A stretch of DNA of 64,000 bases from Octopus sinensis (Eukaryota), in assembly GCF_006345805.1 (NCBI RefSeq), contig NC_043005.1, positions 20,646,001-20,710,000 on the forward strand, given 5' to 3'. The notes below the pieces were generated by a model that saw only the letters and a program-made list of their open reading frames with translations, had not been told where the DNA came from and ran no database searches. Positions 62,231 to 64,000 of the stretch are shown here, piece after piece. The stretch's first letter is position 1. Every line of letters begins with the position of its first letter. The translations under genes were made by a program, and so were the position numbers.

Positions 62231-63679
62231 ACTAGGAAAGTAGGAAAGTAGACAAGTCACAAACGCCTTCAGGTAGATGGCCCTGCTCGATCTGTAAAAA
62301 AGGTGTAGGTAGAAACTCTATAAGATGCACCAAGTGCAAGCTATGGACACATAAGAGGTGTAGCAATGTCAAAGGAAGGCTAACTAGGAAAATAGTTTTT
62401 GTCTGTCTCAGATGCTCAGGAGCAATAAACACTGAAAATGTGCAGAGACCAACGTCTACCATGTTCCAGGGAGAAAAACTAGAAGTAGTTGATAGCTTCT
62501 GCTACCTAGGTGACCAAGTCAGTAGCGGGGTGGGTGTGCTGAAAGTGTAACTGCTAGAGTAAGAATAGCCTGGGCAAAGTTTAGAGAGCTCTTACCCCTG
62601 CTGGTGACAAAAGGCTTCTCGCTCAGAGTAAAAGGCAGACTGTATGATGCATGTGTACATACAGCCATGCTACATGGTAGTGAAACATGGGCTGTGACTG
62701 CTGAGGATATGCGTAAGCTTGCAAGAAATGAAGCCAGTATGCTCCGATGGATGTGTAATGTCAGTGTTCAAAATCGACAGAGTGTAAGTACCTTGAGAGA
62801 AAAATTGAACCTAAGAAGCATCAGTTGTGGTGTGCAAGAGAGACGTCTGCGCTGGTATGGGCATGTGACGAGAATGGGTGAAGATAGTTGTGTGCAAAAG
62901 TGCTACACTCTAGCAGTTGAGGGAACCTGTGGAAGAGGTAGACCCAGGAAAACCTGGGACGAGGTGGTGAAGCACGACCTTCGAACTTTAGGTCTCACTG
63001 AGGAAATGACTAGAGACCGAGACCTATGGAAGTATGCTGTGCGTGAGAAGACCCGGCAAGACCAGTGAGAAGTCAAAATCAAACCAAATCAACATCAGTG
63101 GAAATTGCAGATGTGGTTAAGCGAACCATCTGATCATTTGTCCATTGCCAGCCTCGCCTGGCCCCCGTGCCGTTGGCACATAAAAGTACCACCCGCTCGT
63201 GTCCGTTGCCAGCCTCGCACCATCCGCTCGTGTCCGTTGCCAGCCTCGCCTGGCCCCCGTGCCGGTAGCATGCAAAAGCACCATCCGTTTGTGTCCGTTG
63301 CCAGCCTCGCCTGGCCCCCATGCCGTTGGCACGTAAAAGCACCATCTGCTCGTGCCCGTTGCCAGCCTCGCCTGGCCCCGTGCTGGTAGCACGTAAAAGC
63401 ACCATCCGTTTGTGTCCGTTGCCAGTCTTGCCTGGCACGTAAAAACACCATCCGTTCGTGGCCGTTTGCCAGCTCTGTCTGGCACCTGTGCAGGTGGCAC
63501 ATAAAAAGCACCCACTACACTCACGGAGTGGTTGGCGTTAGGAAGGGCATCCAGCCGTAGAAACACTGCCAAATCTGACTGGGCCTGATGAAGCCTTCCG
63601 GCTTCACAGACCCCAGTTAAACTGTCCAACCCATGCTAGCATGGAAAATGGACGCTAAATGATGATGATGATGATGATG
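62231..63679 (+). mobile_element. RTE LINE 3' part nested in the transposase
   Basis: KGRLYDACVHTAMLHGSETW..RRLRWYGHV..GRGRPRKTW; (gat)n tail. Confidence 0.85.
63135..63480. repeat. About 60-bp minisatellite (6-7 units) in the RTE 3'UTR
   Basis: tgtccgttgccagcctcgcctggcccccgtgcc..aaaagcaccatcc repeated. Confidence 0.9.
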
Positions 63680-64000
63680 TAATTCCTAAAATTTGGCCTC
63701 GAAACTCACCAGACCTCAATCCATTGGCCTACTATGTGTGGAGTATTGTTGAAAGAGGGGGCAATCAACATCCCTTTAAAACCAAGGATTCTTTGAAAGC
63801 CACTTATCAGAGTAATGTCTGATATTAACCAGCACCATGTGGACCGTTCAGGTTTTGCCAAAAAAGCAGTTATTGATGCTGAAGGTGACTACATTGAATA
63901 AAATTATAAGGAAGATGAACTAGTTTATATGTACAAATTTTTCATCAGTAAAGTTGTTTTCTGGTATTCTGTGTATATGCACCCTATATACACAGATATG

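Larger units (their letters stand above)
61400..63990 (+). mobile_element. Degenerate Tc1/mariner-superfamily transposon split by an RTE insertion
   Basis: HTH remnant (EIAQFLKVARSFVYKI), FPATVM..G..PPHFF, FQQ before 62230; resumes at about 63680 with IWPRNSPDLNPLAYYVWS. Confidence 0.75.

Overview
Eukaryotic, AT-rich, repeat-dense genomic DNA. The SINE families, (TA)n tracts and RTE/CR1/R4 LINEs resemble octopod cephalopod repeats; this is my recognition of the repeats, not a database hit. The backbone is a + strand, intron-rich gene of which 12 coding exons are visible (889..57418, 2574 nt, 858 aa if all are spliced). Its start and end are not identified and probably lie outside the window. 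Every exon is a symmetric phase-1/phase-1 cassette encoding exactly one domain, in the order A-B-S, A-B-S, A-B-S-S, A-B, where A = Lys-rich 4-Cys PAN/apple-like domain, B = a second PAN type and S = short Sushi/CCP domain. Intron flanks are homologous between units, so the array arose by tandem exon-triplet duplication, apparently with a higher-order (1,3)/(2,4) duplication and some sequence exchange. The introns hold a deleted Gypsy LTR element, several (TAA)n-embedded R4/Dong-like non-LTR elements (one with an 806-aa open RT-RLE frame), RTE and CR1/L2-like LINE fragments, tRNA-derived SINEs, Helitrons (one confirmed by a paralogous empty site), two Tc1/mariner elements, and Penelope-like fragments carrying hammerhead ribozyme cores. 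Most long ORFs in the supplied track (IYIY.., CVCV..) are microsatellite artefacts. Exon and element boundaries were read by eye; TE edges are approximate.
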